Source: Callorhinchus milii (lineage: Eukaryota). Taken from it: a DNA stretch of 64,000 nucleotides. The number at the start of each line of letters is the position of its first letter. The stretch's first letter is position 1. The position numbers were made by a program, and so were the translations under genes. Of the stretch, positions 51,656-63,296 are shown piece after piece. The notes under the pieces were generated by a model, which did not search any database, had not been told where the DNA came from, and worked only from the letters and a program-made list of their open reading frames with translations. Location: contig NW_024704743.1 in the NCBI RefSeq assembly GCF_018977255.1, positions 114,020,001-114,084,000 of the forward strand, in the 5' to 3' direction.

Positions 51656-53767
51656 AAAAAGCTTGGTTGTTTAGTGGAGGTCCGTTGAAGTACTTATCAG
51701 CTGTTTGGCGACATGAGTTTTGAAGGCTGGCATTCCAAATAATCTCTTCTCGTAAGGAAGGAACTTGCATTCATCACATTGTTGCATTCAAAACAAGCCA
51801 CGGTAATTATTGTTAAGTGTAGCCACTGTTTTTTGTAGGCAGTTTGCGACAGGTCCATTTTGTACACAGCTGACTCCCACCAACCGATAGCCGTGAGAGT
51901 GTATGATCAATTTTGCTTGGGGGATTATTGGCCAGGAAACCGGAGAAACTCCCTTCTCTTTTCCAATAGTGTCACTGGATCTTTAACAGGCAGAAAGCTT
52001 ATTGTCTCATCCAAACGATGACAAGTCAAGAACTGCGCTGGAGTCTGACTAGGAGAGAACTGGATGTGTGAGAGTGGTAGGAAGTCAGTGAGGGCATTTC
52101 TGCCACCTTTCAATGGCTTTGGGAAAATTGCAACAGGTCATTAGATAAAAATCATGAAACAAACGGAAGTTCACTATTAGCACTTCGCATCTCTTTGCAA
52201 ATATTGCAAATTAGACCACATTATTATATTAAAAATGAAATAAAGCCACTTCAATTGGAGAAGAGAACAGAGTTTCTTCCAACGTCCTGGCCAACAATTC
52301 CCCAGATAAAATTGGTCGTTCATTTCATGGCTGTTTCTGAGACATTGGTCACCCACAAAACACAGAGGCACTGCACTTTACAGAATATTCTGGTAAGTTT
52401 GCACTCTATCAAATGTAAGGCACTTTATACATTTGTTCTCTGGTCTGTTAGCTCCAGGTGCTCCAGGAAGACAGGTTCTGACATTTCTAGAACATCTCTA
52501 GCATGCTGAATCATAGTTTTTTTTAAATATAAAGATTAACAAAATTCCAAATAATTCAATTTTCCTCCAATTCGTTCTCGGCACAGTGAAACGAAATTGC
52601 CAAGTTGCCTTCTCTTGTCACTTTGCCTGAATCTGTATCTTGTTTGATTAATTGACTAGTATTTACCTAAGAAAAGAAACATGCAATACAGCCACAAATT
52701 CAATACTCACAAAAAGGAATGGCAAAATATTGTTAAATATTGAATCCTGACAGTAAGATATTGAGACATGAATAATGTTGACACGCGGGAATTCCATTCT
52801 GATCCACTATTCTCCCAGGAATGTCGGAAAAAAGGTCCTACGGGTCGGTAAGTATTACTGTAGGATGTAACGATAAAGAGAGGATGAGCTGCAGGGATTG
52901 AGGAAGGGAGTTCGAGGGGTTAGTGGCGAAAGGCACGGCCACAGATGGTAGCTCAGAGGGACCAGGAGACATCAGCAGGGCTGCGTCTGCTGAACGAAGG
53001 GAGCAAACAGTGAAGCGGGTACAAGTAGGTCAGAGAGATAACTTCTTGTTTAAAATTGGATGTCTCCCCACTAGAGGGTAGGAGCGAGCAATGGTGTGAT
53101 GCCCTTCATTATACAGTACTGTTTGTTGGAGCCACGTTGCATTCACTCTTATATGAGTGATTGTTTTAAATATTAAGTATAAATTCCCTCCCCTAGTTTA
53201 AGGCATGGTTTGTACCTCTTTGACCATGTTTTCGGTCATGTTGCCTCTTGCCTCCCTACCCCTCAGCTCCCACACCCAGTTCAGGGGCCCATCCAGCGTT
53301 ATAAAGACATCCTCCTGATGTGAAAGGCGCTATATAAATGTAAATTTATTGTATTATGTGTTGTACAAAATGTCAGTGCACTGGTGTTCTCAAACTAATT
53401 CATACCAGTGTTCTTGACAACATTGAACATTGTAGTTCTTATACATGCTCAGTAATTAAAGGCTAAGTGTTCTGAGTCATTCTCCTACGTGAAGAGTGTA
53501 AGTTGTTACTGTAGCTTTACTGATGGTGGCAGGATTGGGAAAATGAAAGCCCGAATCCTTGGCATCAATACAACTTAGAGAAAAACCCTTTACCACGTCA
53601 CATACAATAGAAATCATTGAAATAGAAATTGAGTAACAGACAGATGGATAAGTTCCCCAAATAAGAACTATGAACAACGGCAGCAATTTACATTTATACA
53701 GCATGTCATCTCAGGAGAATGTTTCCCGGCTACTAATATGCATGTTCAAGGAATGTTCTTGTGATAT

Positions 53768-54092
53768 GTGGAGTCCTGTAGCTCAGTGGTTAGAGCACTC
53801 GCTTTGCAAGTGAGACACCTGGTTCAATTCCAGGCAGGGCGAAACCTTGGGCAAGTTTCCTTACTCCACACGCCTAATAATAATCCCTCCAAAACCAAAA
53901 CCAATAATAAAAATTGGTCTTTTTCAATCTACGACTGTTTGTGGGACATTGCTGTGCGCAATTGGCTGCTGCGTTCGCCCACAAATATACAGTCAATTCA
54001 CTTTACAGTGTGTTCTGTGAAGCGCTTTGGGACATCCTCCCGACGTGAAAAGCGCTACATCAAATGCAAGGATTATTATTATTATTATTATA
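53768..54092 (+). mobile_element. Full-length tRNA(Ala-like)-headed SINE
   Basis: A box TAGCTCAGTGG, B box GGTTCAATTCC, TTGCAA loop, CCTTGGGCAAG, Deu-like 3' body, (TTA)n tail. Confidence 0.88.
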
Positions 54093-54795
54093 TGAAACAA
54101 TGAAATATCCCAATTTTAGAACCAATTATCTTAAAATATACAATCATGTAGACTTTTGGAAAAGTCCTAGGAATTCAGTTTTCATTTGTATGCTGATTTT
54201 GTAGTTTTTCTTTGAAGACTGAATTTAAGGCATGGACTTTTACTGGGTACCAGCAGCATAAAGCCAGAGAAAAAAAAGTTAAGTAAACAGATGTACTCTC
54301 ATTTGTAGCAAGTTCAAATGTATTCCCTGTAAGAATTAAAAGATTAATTCAGAAACTCTTTATAATAATAATCCTTGCATTTGATATAGCGCCTTAACAC
54401 ATCATCGAGACGCCTCAAAGCACTTCACAGGAACTACAATACAATGCAAATTTACATTGATATAGCATCTTTCACGCTGGGAGGATATCCCAAAGTGCTT
54501 GATAGTGCAATTTTACTTTGATTTTTCTGTTCAGTGAACTGACTGTAGGTGAATGTGTTCGCCAATTTGTACACATCAATTCCCACAAACAGCCATGAAG
54601 TAAGTAACCAATTTTATTTGGAAAATTGTTGGACAGGACACTGGGAAAATTCCCATCCTTTTCAAGAGTGCTACCAACTAAACTGGGCTGACATTAGCAG
54701 CAAATTAGAGCTTATTCTCAGTAAGACTGATTTTGAAACTCTTTAGACCAATTCAGGTGCTGTACTTTCTTCAGTCTGCGAAACTAAATGTATTA

Positions 54796-54963
54796 CAGTA
54801 AACTCCTGATACATTGTCACTCCAGGGGTAAAGGGCTCACTGACGAGTTATCAGAAGTGGTGAGTTAGCCATATGTATAAATTAATAAATGTGGCCGGGA
54901 TATTGACAGTATAATGACTTAAGTGACAAGTTAAGTTAGGGTCGAGTTATCAGGTGTTTACCG
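54796..54963. mobile_element. pogo/Tigger-like MITE, 168 bp
   Basis: Imperfect 16-bp TIRs CAGTAAACTCCTGATA / TATCAGGTGTTTACCG (2 mismatches) with TA on both flanks. Confidence 0.7.
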
Positions 54964-56184
54964 TACTTGCAAAAAGGATTGGGTTCTTGCGTGTGCCTAC
55001 AGCTGCCACAGTGAATACTTATGAAAATAAGAGGAACAGAATCAGTCAGTGTACAATAAGAAGTTTAAAATTACAACATAACATGGATAAGCTAGCAGTT
55101 AGCTGAATGCAAAAGCAAGTAATTACTTAGAGATTATCACCTAAATGTTTCTCATGATGGCTGGAGGTATTTTTTAGCATAAATCAAACTGGAAAGCCAC
55201 ATAGTTAAATGCCAGCCTGATAACCTATAACTTTACACAGTCGCTATGGAGCTACTTTAGCTGTCTGCTCAAATTGAAGCTGATATCAAGATAGTTCATT
55301 GGTTTAGCAGCCTGGAAAGAAGCCCCCTGACCTTTGTAATCCAACCAGTTATATTTCTGCTGATGGACAACGGCAACCAAAGGCAGTAGCCGGACAAACC
55401 TAGTTCACATCCAGAAATCAGTATCCGAGCAGAGGAGATTTTAAAATGTAGTGGGTTATTTTTGGATGCAGAAAATACTGTACGTTCCCACACCTCGTGA
55501 GTGCTATGCTGCCTGGATAGTCACCTTGTTCATACAGAAGAGTTTACTACCGCAGGGAACTGGGAAACAGAACATTAGCTCAGAATATAATAATGCACAG
55601 AATGAGAAAATAGTGCTTGGCCCATTATGCACTTCCATTGTGTAAATTATGCTAGCCACACTATGGCTTTGAGTTATAGATCTACAAAACTGACAGTGCA
55701 CACTTAATGGGCCGATTGGTCTTCTCCTGGTCCTATGTTTCTGAAGTGTTCGCCCATTCCCACATCTTTGCTATTTTACCCTCCAGCACAACACTTCTCT
55801 CCTACTCCACAGTAGCATTTGTTTATCTCAGTCTGCCCTATCTCTTTCTATATCGTGCAATATATTTTGCAACCAGATTCCCACGCAGTTACTTTATTTT
55901 CACAGAAGTTAATCAACACAGCAGCAAATGCTTTTATTGGATGTTCCTTTGAATCTTGAAAATTGCTTGAGGTTTTTAATTTGTGTTTTGCTAAATTTCT
56001 CCTTTCCTTCTTGAAGTGTCAGTCTGACTTAGTGGTTAGTACTGCGGATGCAGCTTCAAACCCAACATCAGGATTTTGAAATTGCAACTAGGTGTCCCCT
56101 AGGCTGATACTCCATTGCAGCGCTGGCAGAGTGCTACATTGTTGGGACGTGCCATCCTTGGGATGAAATGTTAAACATCTGCCT

Positions 56185-57500
56185 TTTCACGGAAACCACT
56201 CCAATCGGGTTTCCGTGATGCCCACAGCACAGAAACAGCCCTGGTCAGTGACAAATGGCTCCCTCTGCCTCCTCATCTTCCTTGACCTCTCTGCTACCCT
56301 TGACACCGGTCGACCACTCTATCCTCATCCACCGGCTCTCCTCTCACCTCAACCTTCACGGCTGACTCTTACACCGCCTCCACTTCATTTCCACAAATGG
56401 CTTCTCCTCCAGCACCCAGATCGTCTCGTGTGGCGTTCCTCAGGGCTCTGTCCTTGGTCCCCTTTTTCAATATCTACATACACCCTCTTGGTGACATCAT
56501 CCGCAGACATGGGGTCAACTTACATATGTATGCGGATGACAACCAACTCTACCTCTCTGCCTCCACCCTTGACTCCAGGACCACTGCTGTCCTGACTGAA
56601 TGTCTGTCAGACATCAAGTCCTGGATGAGAGCTAACTTTCTTCAGTTGAACGTCAACAAGACTGAGGCTCTCCTGATTGGCTCCCGTCAGCGCCTCCGCA
56701 CCTCAGGCGCTGACAGCATCACCATCCATGGTTGCACACTCCACCTTAGTAAGACAGTCCGGAACTTTAGGGTCTTGTTTGATCCACAACTATCCTTTCT
56801 GCCACACATCTGCACCTCTCTGCCTTCCCACACCTCCGCAACATCGGCCGGCTCTGCCACTGTCTCACACCGCAGGCCGCCGAAACTCTCATACCTGCTT
56901 TCATTATATCGAGGCTCAACTATGCAAACTCACTGCTTGTCGGCCTCCCCAACTCCTCCCTCCACAGGCTGCAGATCATCCAGAACTCTGCAGCCAGTGT
57001 CCTCTCCCACACTAGGCTCCGTGACACTATCAGCCCCATCCTCACCTGACTCCACTGGCTTCCCATCACACAGAGGATACAGTTCAAGATCCTGGTCCTC
57101 ACTTTCAAAGCCCTCCATGGTCTTGCTCCCCTCTTGCTCTGCGACCTCCTAATCCCCTACTATCCTGCTCGTTCCCTCCACTCAACGGACTCCAGCCTGC
57201 TTCACATCCCCCGTCTCGCTCAGCCCACTATTGCCGGGCGGGCCTTCTCCCACTCTGCCCCCACCCTCTAGAACTCCATCCTGCAGTCTCTCAACCTCGC
57301 TCCCTCGTTTGCCTCCTTCGAGACCCATCTCAAGACGCTCCTCCTCGATCGTGCTTTCGATCTCCCTGCTTCCCTCCCTGCCCTCCACCCTCCCTGATCC
57401 CGACCCGCTGCTCGGATTCGAAACTCTGTCTGTCCAGTGCCTTGGGATGTCCTCCCAATGTGAAAGGCGCTTTACAAATGTAATTTTGTTGTTGTTGTTT
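56185..57500 (+). mobile_element. 5'-truncated L2-clade LINE (RT domain to 3' end), frameshifted
   Basis: LLIFLDLSATLDT, HMYADDNQLYLS, WMRANFLQLNVNKTE; ends gtgaaaggcgctttacaaatgtaatt(TTG)n. Confidence 0.92.
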
Positions 57501-58467
57501 CAGTTGGATGTTAAAGTTCCTGTGGCGCAATTTGAAATAGTGAAGGAAGTTTCTCTCGGGTTCCCTCAAACAGATAAAACTGATTATTCACATCATGGAT
57601 AAATGATCAAAACTTAGTGTATGTGTCAAATCTTGCTTGATAGAAACGATTGTGAGTGCAATCAATCAATCATTGTAGATCTGAGTCAGTTTTTGATGAG
57701 ACTCATCCTTGAGATCAAGGGTTCACCTTAACAGATCATTATTGGTAATAGTCAGAACATACCAGAACGTGGTAAGTCTGATGTTGCTCTGGATGCAGAG
57801 TTCAAGCCGGCTCCTGCCCATGTTCCTTATGTACTGGATAATAGCAAGGTAAAGGGATAAATGTTTTGGCTTCCCTAAAACACCTGTAAAAAAGGTGGTC
57901 AGAATTACTACACAGTACTTTACTTTCAGCTGCTGAGCTTCTTCCATCCGGGGAGACCACTGCGTATAAAGAGGAAAGAGTTTGTTCCACAAATAAAGCA
58001 GACCTCATTAACCATAATGGATGATATGCTCCAGAAACAATAACAGGTACCATCAATTATTTTTAAAGCACTTTGGTTTCTCACCTTCTCTCTTTAAAAG
58101 TAACCACTGTCATATCCCAGTGACTAACCAGCCAAGTGACTAGCAACAAGGAGCAAAGTGCAATTCGATATTCACATGGTCGTTAGTCTTAAAACTATGG
58201 TCTTATAGTGCAAGATTGGCACTTGCACTTTTCTAGAAGAATTTCTAGAAAGTTCACCTTCACAGACCATAACTGGTAGTGTTAGGAGCATATTAGTTTA
58301 TAACAATTGGAAATGTTGATTCCTCCAAGTGATTGTGTTTCCTATACTTCAGCATTTCTCATGGAGTTTTGTCAACTCAGTATGTGATATGATATCCAGA
58401 AAGTGCACAAATTCTGCAACACTCTCTGCATCAACATCTATTTTCAGTTCCACAAAGATAAGCTCTA

Positions 58468-58550
58468 TTGACACATGTGGAAACCATGCTTAAGAGTATC
58501 CAAACCAAACTGAGGATTCCATGCATCCCACCTACATGCAAATGCCAGAG
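58468..58550 (-). repeat. Unclassified repeat, 3' module fragment
   Basis: tgacacatgtggaaaccatgcttaagagtatccaaaccaaactgagg is the reverse complement of the 44845-44892 region. Confidence 0.65.
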
Positions 58551-60097
58551 ATCGAGACCTTTCCATAGTTATAGGCACAATTATGTGGGTTGTGTGACCT
58601 CCGTGTGGTTTGAATGTGGCAAAGGTGTCCCCTCACTCACCACCAGGTGTCAGTGGAGCCTCTTCCAGTATAAGGGAATGGGAAGGAGCTCAATCTTGAA
58701 GTGTGATGAGTTTTAAAAGCCCTTTTTTTATTGACTGTTCAGTGAATTCTGATGGTGTTACATAAATGTAAACCGTATAATCGCCTAAGCCGTACATCTG
58801 CCCAAGTCCTGTTTATATTCTACACGATTTTGACAAAACTCACACTTTGCAACAGTCATATTAAATCTATGGTCCCAACTGATACGACTTATGTGAGGAT
58901 TAACTAAGTGACTGTCCAGCGCCTTGGGACGTCCTCCCGACGTGAAACGCGCTATACAAATGTAATGTTGTATTGTATTGTGTCAGGATGACACTTGGAT
59001 GCTGAGTTTCTGGAGAGGTTGAGCACCTCTGCTTACGTAATTCATGAGTTGGTAGGAAAGAATGTATGTCGGTGTTTGTCTCCTTGTCTGTCCGAGAAAT
59101 GACTTAGCCCATGAAATGAATGAAATGAATGTCCTGCTTCTTTCGGGATAGCTAATCCAATTTCATTGAACCGTTGGCACTTTATTTACACCTAATAAAC
59201 ATCAATAAGGCAAATAGTCACGTTTCTCTGGGATGATAAGCACTTACAACTTACACTTTGACAAACTGAGACAGCAGAGGGAAGAGTAATGCTGCTCTGT
59301 GTGTATGTGTGTGATTATTATTATATTAAATGCAAGGATTATTCGTATTATGCGTGTGATTTAAAACGCTTATTGTTTTTGCTGCTGATGACGGGACGCA
59401 GAGATTGTAAGGTTCTTCAAGGACCTTGTGGTTGTGGGATGTGAAGTTCACTGTCTGCTGTTAGGATCCGGCTCTCACCAGGTAAACCAGCTCACAAAAC
59501 ACAGAGCGCCATCTGCCCACACGCCCCCAGGGCTCAGTGCACAACAACAAGATTACATTTGCATAGCGCCTTTCAACGCTTTAAATGGACCATCAGTTTT
59601 ATGACTCCGGGCTTGTTGCCTTGCAAAATAATAGGAAAACTACAACCCCCAGATTGCATTCCTCCCTCCCTCCCTCTCTCCCTCCCTCGGGAGATGAGCT
59701 CCTGTGAAACACTTTTGTGTTGTGGCTCTGTCTGTTACAGGCTGAGGCACAAAGCGGTGGTAGCTGGTGACTCTCTGAGCTCAAGACAGGGTGAGAGCCA
59801 CATTGTGTGCATAAGGCATATATACAGTTATATATATAGATATATATACACACAACATATATATGTGGATGTGTGTGCAATGACAGAGACGATGCCAATG
59901 TTAAAGCTGCCGTGTTAAGCGTTGATGTGGCTGTTTGGGATCAGTGAAGGAGCTCTCAGGATCTGGTGATAGTCCTGACCTGGATTTTATTGTTATTGTC
60001 GCTGGACATGATGACAGTCACTTAACATCGGGCAGACCTGCCTCCCTGTCCTGCTGATACTCCTGGACATCCACCTCAATCTGCATCTCCGCTGGTT

Positions 60098-60338
60098 CTT
60101 CGGATCAACGATCAACGTTATTTGTATATATATATATATCATCTACTTTTTTTTTGGTGGGTGGGAGAGTGGAAGTATTTTTTTTTGGAAAGAGAGAGGA
60201 GAGAGACTCTTCCCAACCTCTACGGGTCAACGTTAATTTCATATACAATATATATATATATATTTAATATACCAATTGTTTTTTTGGGGGGTAGGAGGGA
60301 GAGAGGTGGTTTATTTTATTTGGAAAGAGAGAGAGGAG

Positions 60339-60370
<32 letters not shown>

Positions 60371-60502
60371 TTCTTCTCAACCTCTTCGGGACAACGTTAG
60401 ATTTCATACACAATATATATATATATATACCCATTTTTTGGGAGGGGGAAGGAGGAGATTTTTTTTATTTGAAAGCGGAGAGAGAGAGAGATTCTTTCAA
60501 CA
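60098..60502 (+). repeat. Three diverged tandem copies of a 115-165 bp unit with embedded (TA)n and (GA)n
   Basis: Anchor CAACGTTA at 60113, 60228 and 60392, each followed by the same motif order. Confidence 0.8.
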
Positions 60503-60532
60503 GTGATTTTCCCTTCTGTGTGTGTGTGTGTG

Positions 60533-60572
<40 letters not shown>

Positions 60573-60593
60573 TGATCTCAGAGAAAGCCCTCA

Positions 60594-60988
60594 ACACAGA
60601 CACACAGACAGACAGACCGACACACACAGACCCACAGACACTGACAGACACACAGACAGACCGACACACACAGACCCACAGACACTGGCAGACCCACAGA
60701 CAGACAGACACACACAGACCCACAGACACACACAGACACTGACAGCCACACAGACACACACACAGACAGACAGACACACACAGACACTGACAGCCACACA
60801 GACACACACAGACACACACACAGACAGACACACACACACAGACACTGACAGCCACACAGACACACACAGACACACACACAGACAGACAGACACACACAGA
60901 CACTGACAGCCACACAGACACACACAGACAGACACACACAGACAGACACACACACACAGACAGACACAGACAGAGAGAGAGAGAGAGA
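60594..60988 (+). repeat. Compound CA/GA minisatellite directly upstream of the SLCO5A1 ATG
   Basis: cacagacacacacagacagac variants with recurring gacactgacagccacaca. Confidence 0.92.
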
Positions 60989-60994
60989 CGGACT

Positions 60995-62156
60995 ATGGCA
61001 TCTGAGTCTGAACCCGGTGCCGCTGCCCCACAGCTCAGTGACCGGATCCCCACCGCTCCCGGAGACGGCGGCGACTTCAAAGCCCGGAGTCTGCCCACCC
61101 TGAACGGATCGTGCGGCGCGTGGCCGGGATCCCGGGGGTACCTGCCCTCCCCGGGCCGGGGGGGGGGCTGCCAGCACTGCCTGGCACCGGGCTGCCAGCA
61201 CTGCCAGGCACCGGGCTGCCAGCACTGCCAGGCACCGGGCTGCCAGCAGTGCCAGGCACCGGGCTGCCAGCAGTGCCAGGCACCGGCCTGCCAGCACTGC
61301 CAGGCACCGGGCTGTCACCAGAGCCAGGCACCGGGCTGCCAGCAGTGCCAGGCACCGGGCTGCCAGCAGTGCCAGGCACCGGGCTGCCAGCAGTGCCAGG
61401 CACCGGGCTGTCACCAGAGCCAGGCACCGGGCTGCCAGCAGAGCCAGGCACCGGGCTGCCGGGCTCCTCGCCCCCCCGCCCCCTCCCGGCCCCGGGCCCC
61501 CCCCCGGCGCCCCCCGGCCTGGCTGCCGGCCGACTCCCGCTGCTTCCTGCTGTGCATGTGCGGCCTGACCTTCATCCAGTCCCTCATGGTGTCGGGCTAC
61601 CTGAGCAGCGTCATCACCACCATCGAGAGACGCTACAGCCTGAAGAGCTCGGAGTCCGGGCTGCTGGTCAGCTGCTTCGACATCGGCAGTCTGCTGGTGG
61701 TGGTCTTCATCAGCTACTTCGGGGGTCGCGGCCACAGGCCCCGCTGGTTGGCCGCCGGGGGCTTCCTGGTGGCCTCGGGCGCCGCGCTCTTCGCGCTGCC
61801 CCACTTCATCTCACCGCCCCACCAGCTGCAGGAGCTCAAGTCGTCCGTCAACAACGAGGGGCTGTGCGGGACGACCCCCCACCACCACCATCATCACCCC
61901 TCCTCCTCCTCCACCTCCCCCTCCCCACCCCTCCAGGGCGAGAGCCACAACGGCAGCACCGGGTCCCTCCCGGGGGTCGGGGAGTCGGGCTCCGCCTGTG
62001 GGGACCAGGACTCCGCCGCTCAGGGCCACTCGCTGTACGTGGCTCTGTTCATCTGCGCCCAATTCATCGTCGGGGTGGGCTCCACACCCATCTACATCCT
62101 CGGCCCCACCTACCTGGACGACAACGTTAAGCCGGAGAACGCCTCTCTGTACCTGG
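60995..62156 (+). CDS. SLCO5A1: Solute carrier organic anion transporter 5A1 (OATP5A1), first coding exon; gene continues beyond the window
   Basis: [60 protein letters not shown] and [26 protein letters not shown] are characteristic of OATP5A1; ACTATGG start; GTAAGT donor at 62157; synteny with PRDM14. Confidence 0.93.
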
Positions 62157-62160
62157 GTAA
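61000..62160. promoter_or_regulatory. CpG island over the SLCO5A1 first coding exon
   Basis: Visibly very GC- and CpG-rich compared with the AT-rich spacer. Confidence 0.7.
61166..61459 (+). repeat. Coding 24-bp minisatellite, 12 copies (GCQ[H/Q]CQAP)
   Basis: Unit GGCTGCCAGCA(C/G)TGCCAGGCACCG, in frame within SLCO5A1. Confidence 0.95.
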
Positions 62161-62599
62161 GTGACCCCCCGACCCCCCCCCCCCACCCCAGACCCTCTCC
62201 CCCGACCCCCAACCCCCGACCCCTTCACCATCTCCACAGCCCCAACCCTCACCTCACACCCACCGCACGGGAGGACACCCGGGTTTTTTTTTTTGGGGGG
62301 GGTGGGGGGTCATGCCCTCCCTCAAGGTGCTGGTTGGTATCCCCACCCGTGGGGGGGGGTCTCGGTGGGTTAACAATGATGATGGTAATAATCCTTGCGT
62401 TTGATATATTCGCCATAATACTACTACTACTACTACTATTAGGAATAATAATAATTCGTTGTAGACGTCTCAAAGCGCTTCCCGGAGTACGTCGCTCCGG
62501 TGGATTTGACGGCGCAAGTATTTTGCGCGCGAGGAGTGGTTAAGCACCCGTTGCCTCTGGGTCAGCAGGTTCAGGAGGTTGCCGCTGCGAACCCTCCCG

Positions 62600-62950
62600 T
62601 GGGGAATTTAAGCTCACGGTCCAGGCTGACGCCCCAGTACGGTCCTGAGGCGAGAGCGTTTGTATTGTCGGAGGCGCAGTCCTTCAGATGAGCTGTTCAA
62701 CCCAAGTTCCCGCCGGCCAGTGCAGGTGGGCGTTAAAGAACACTTGGCACTACTTAAAAAGAGAACAGAGTTTCTCCAGGTGTCCTGTCCCGGCTAACAA
62801 TCCCCCGGATAAAATTGGCTGTTCACTTCATGGCTGTTTGCGAGACGTTGCTATGTGCAAATTGGCTGCTGAGTTTGCCTACGGAATACTCAGCCGCTAC
62901 ACTTTGCAGTATTTTTCATGATGCGCTTTGAGATGTTTCAATGACATAAG
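62600..62950 (+). mobile_element. Deu-domain SINE, CpG-rich
   Basis: ccaggctgacgccccagtac...ttgtcggaggcgcagtccttcagatgag...caggtgggcgttaaaga...tggcactac. Confidence 0.65.
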
Positions 62951-63296
62951 AATAATAATCCTTGTATTTGATATAACGCCTTACCACGTCTTAGAGAAGT
63001 CTCAATGCGCTTCACAGAACATACTGCCAAGTGAATTGACTATATATTTGTGGGTGAAATTGCGCACAGCAGTGTCCTACAAACAGTCATTTATTGAGTG
63101 AAATTTTTTTTNGAAGGATATATTACCTCCGGAAAAGCTATCCGCCATTCGACTAACAGCCAGCTTCCTACTTACTGCGAGATAAACAGCGGCGTGTGGA
63201 GTAAGCAAACTTGCCCAATGCTTGACCTTGCTCAGGAATCGAACCCAGGTTCTCTTGCTTGTGAGGCAACTAAGCCCTAAGCTACTGGACTCCACA
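62950..63296 (-). mobile_element. Full-length tRNA-headed SINE
   Basis: Reverse complement of the 53768-54092 type, from the head (gtggagtcc) to the (TTA) tail. Confidence 0.8.

Noticed and set aside
53770..53845. tRNA-Ala gene
   Set aside because: Continues into SINE body and tail, has no T-run terminator, and the sibling copies are diverged; it is a SINE head.
60578..62130. 408-aa minus-strand and 339-aa alternative-frame ORFs
   Set aside because: Shadows of the GC-rich SLCO5A1 exon and flanking repeats; only the 60995 frame has OATP motifs.
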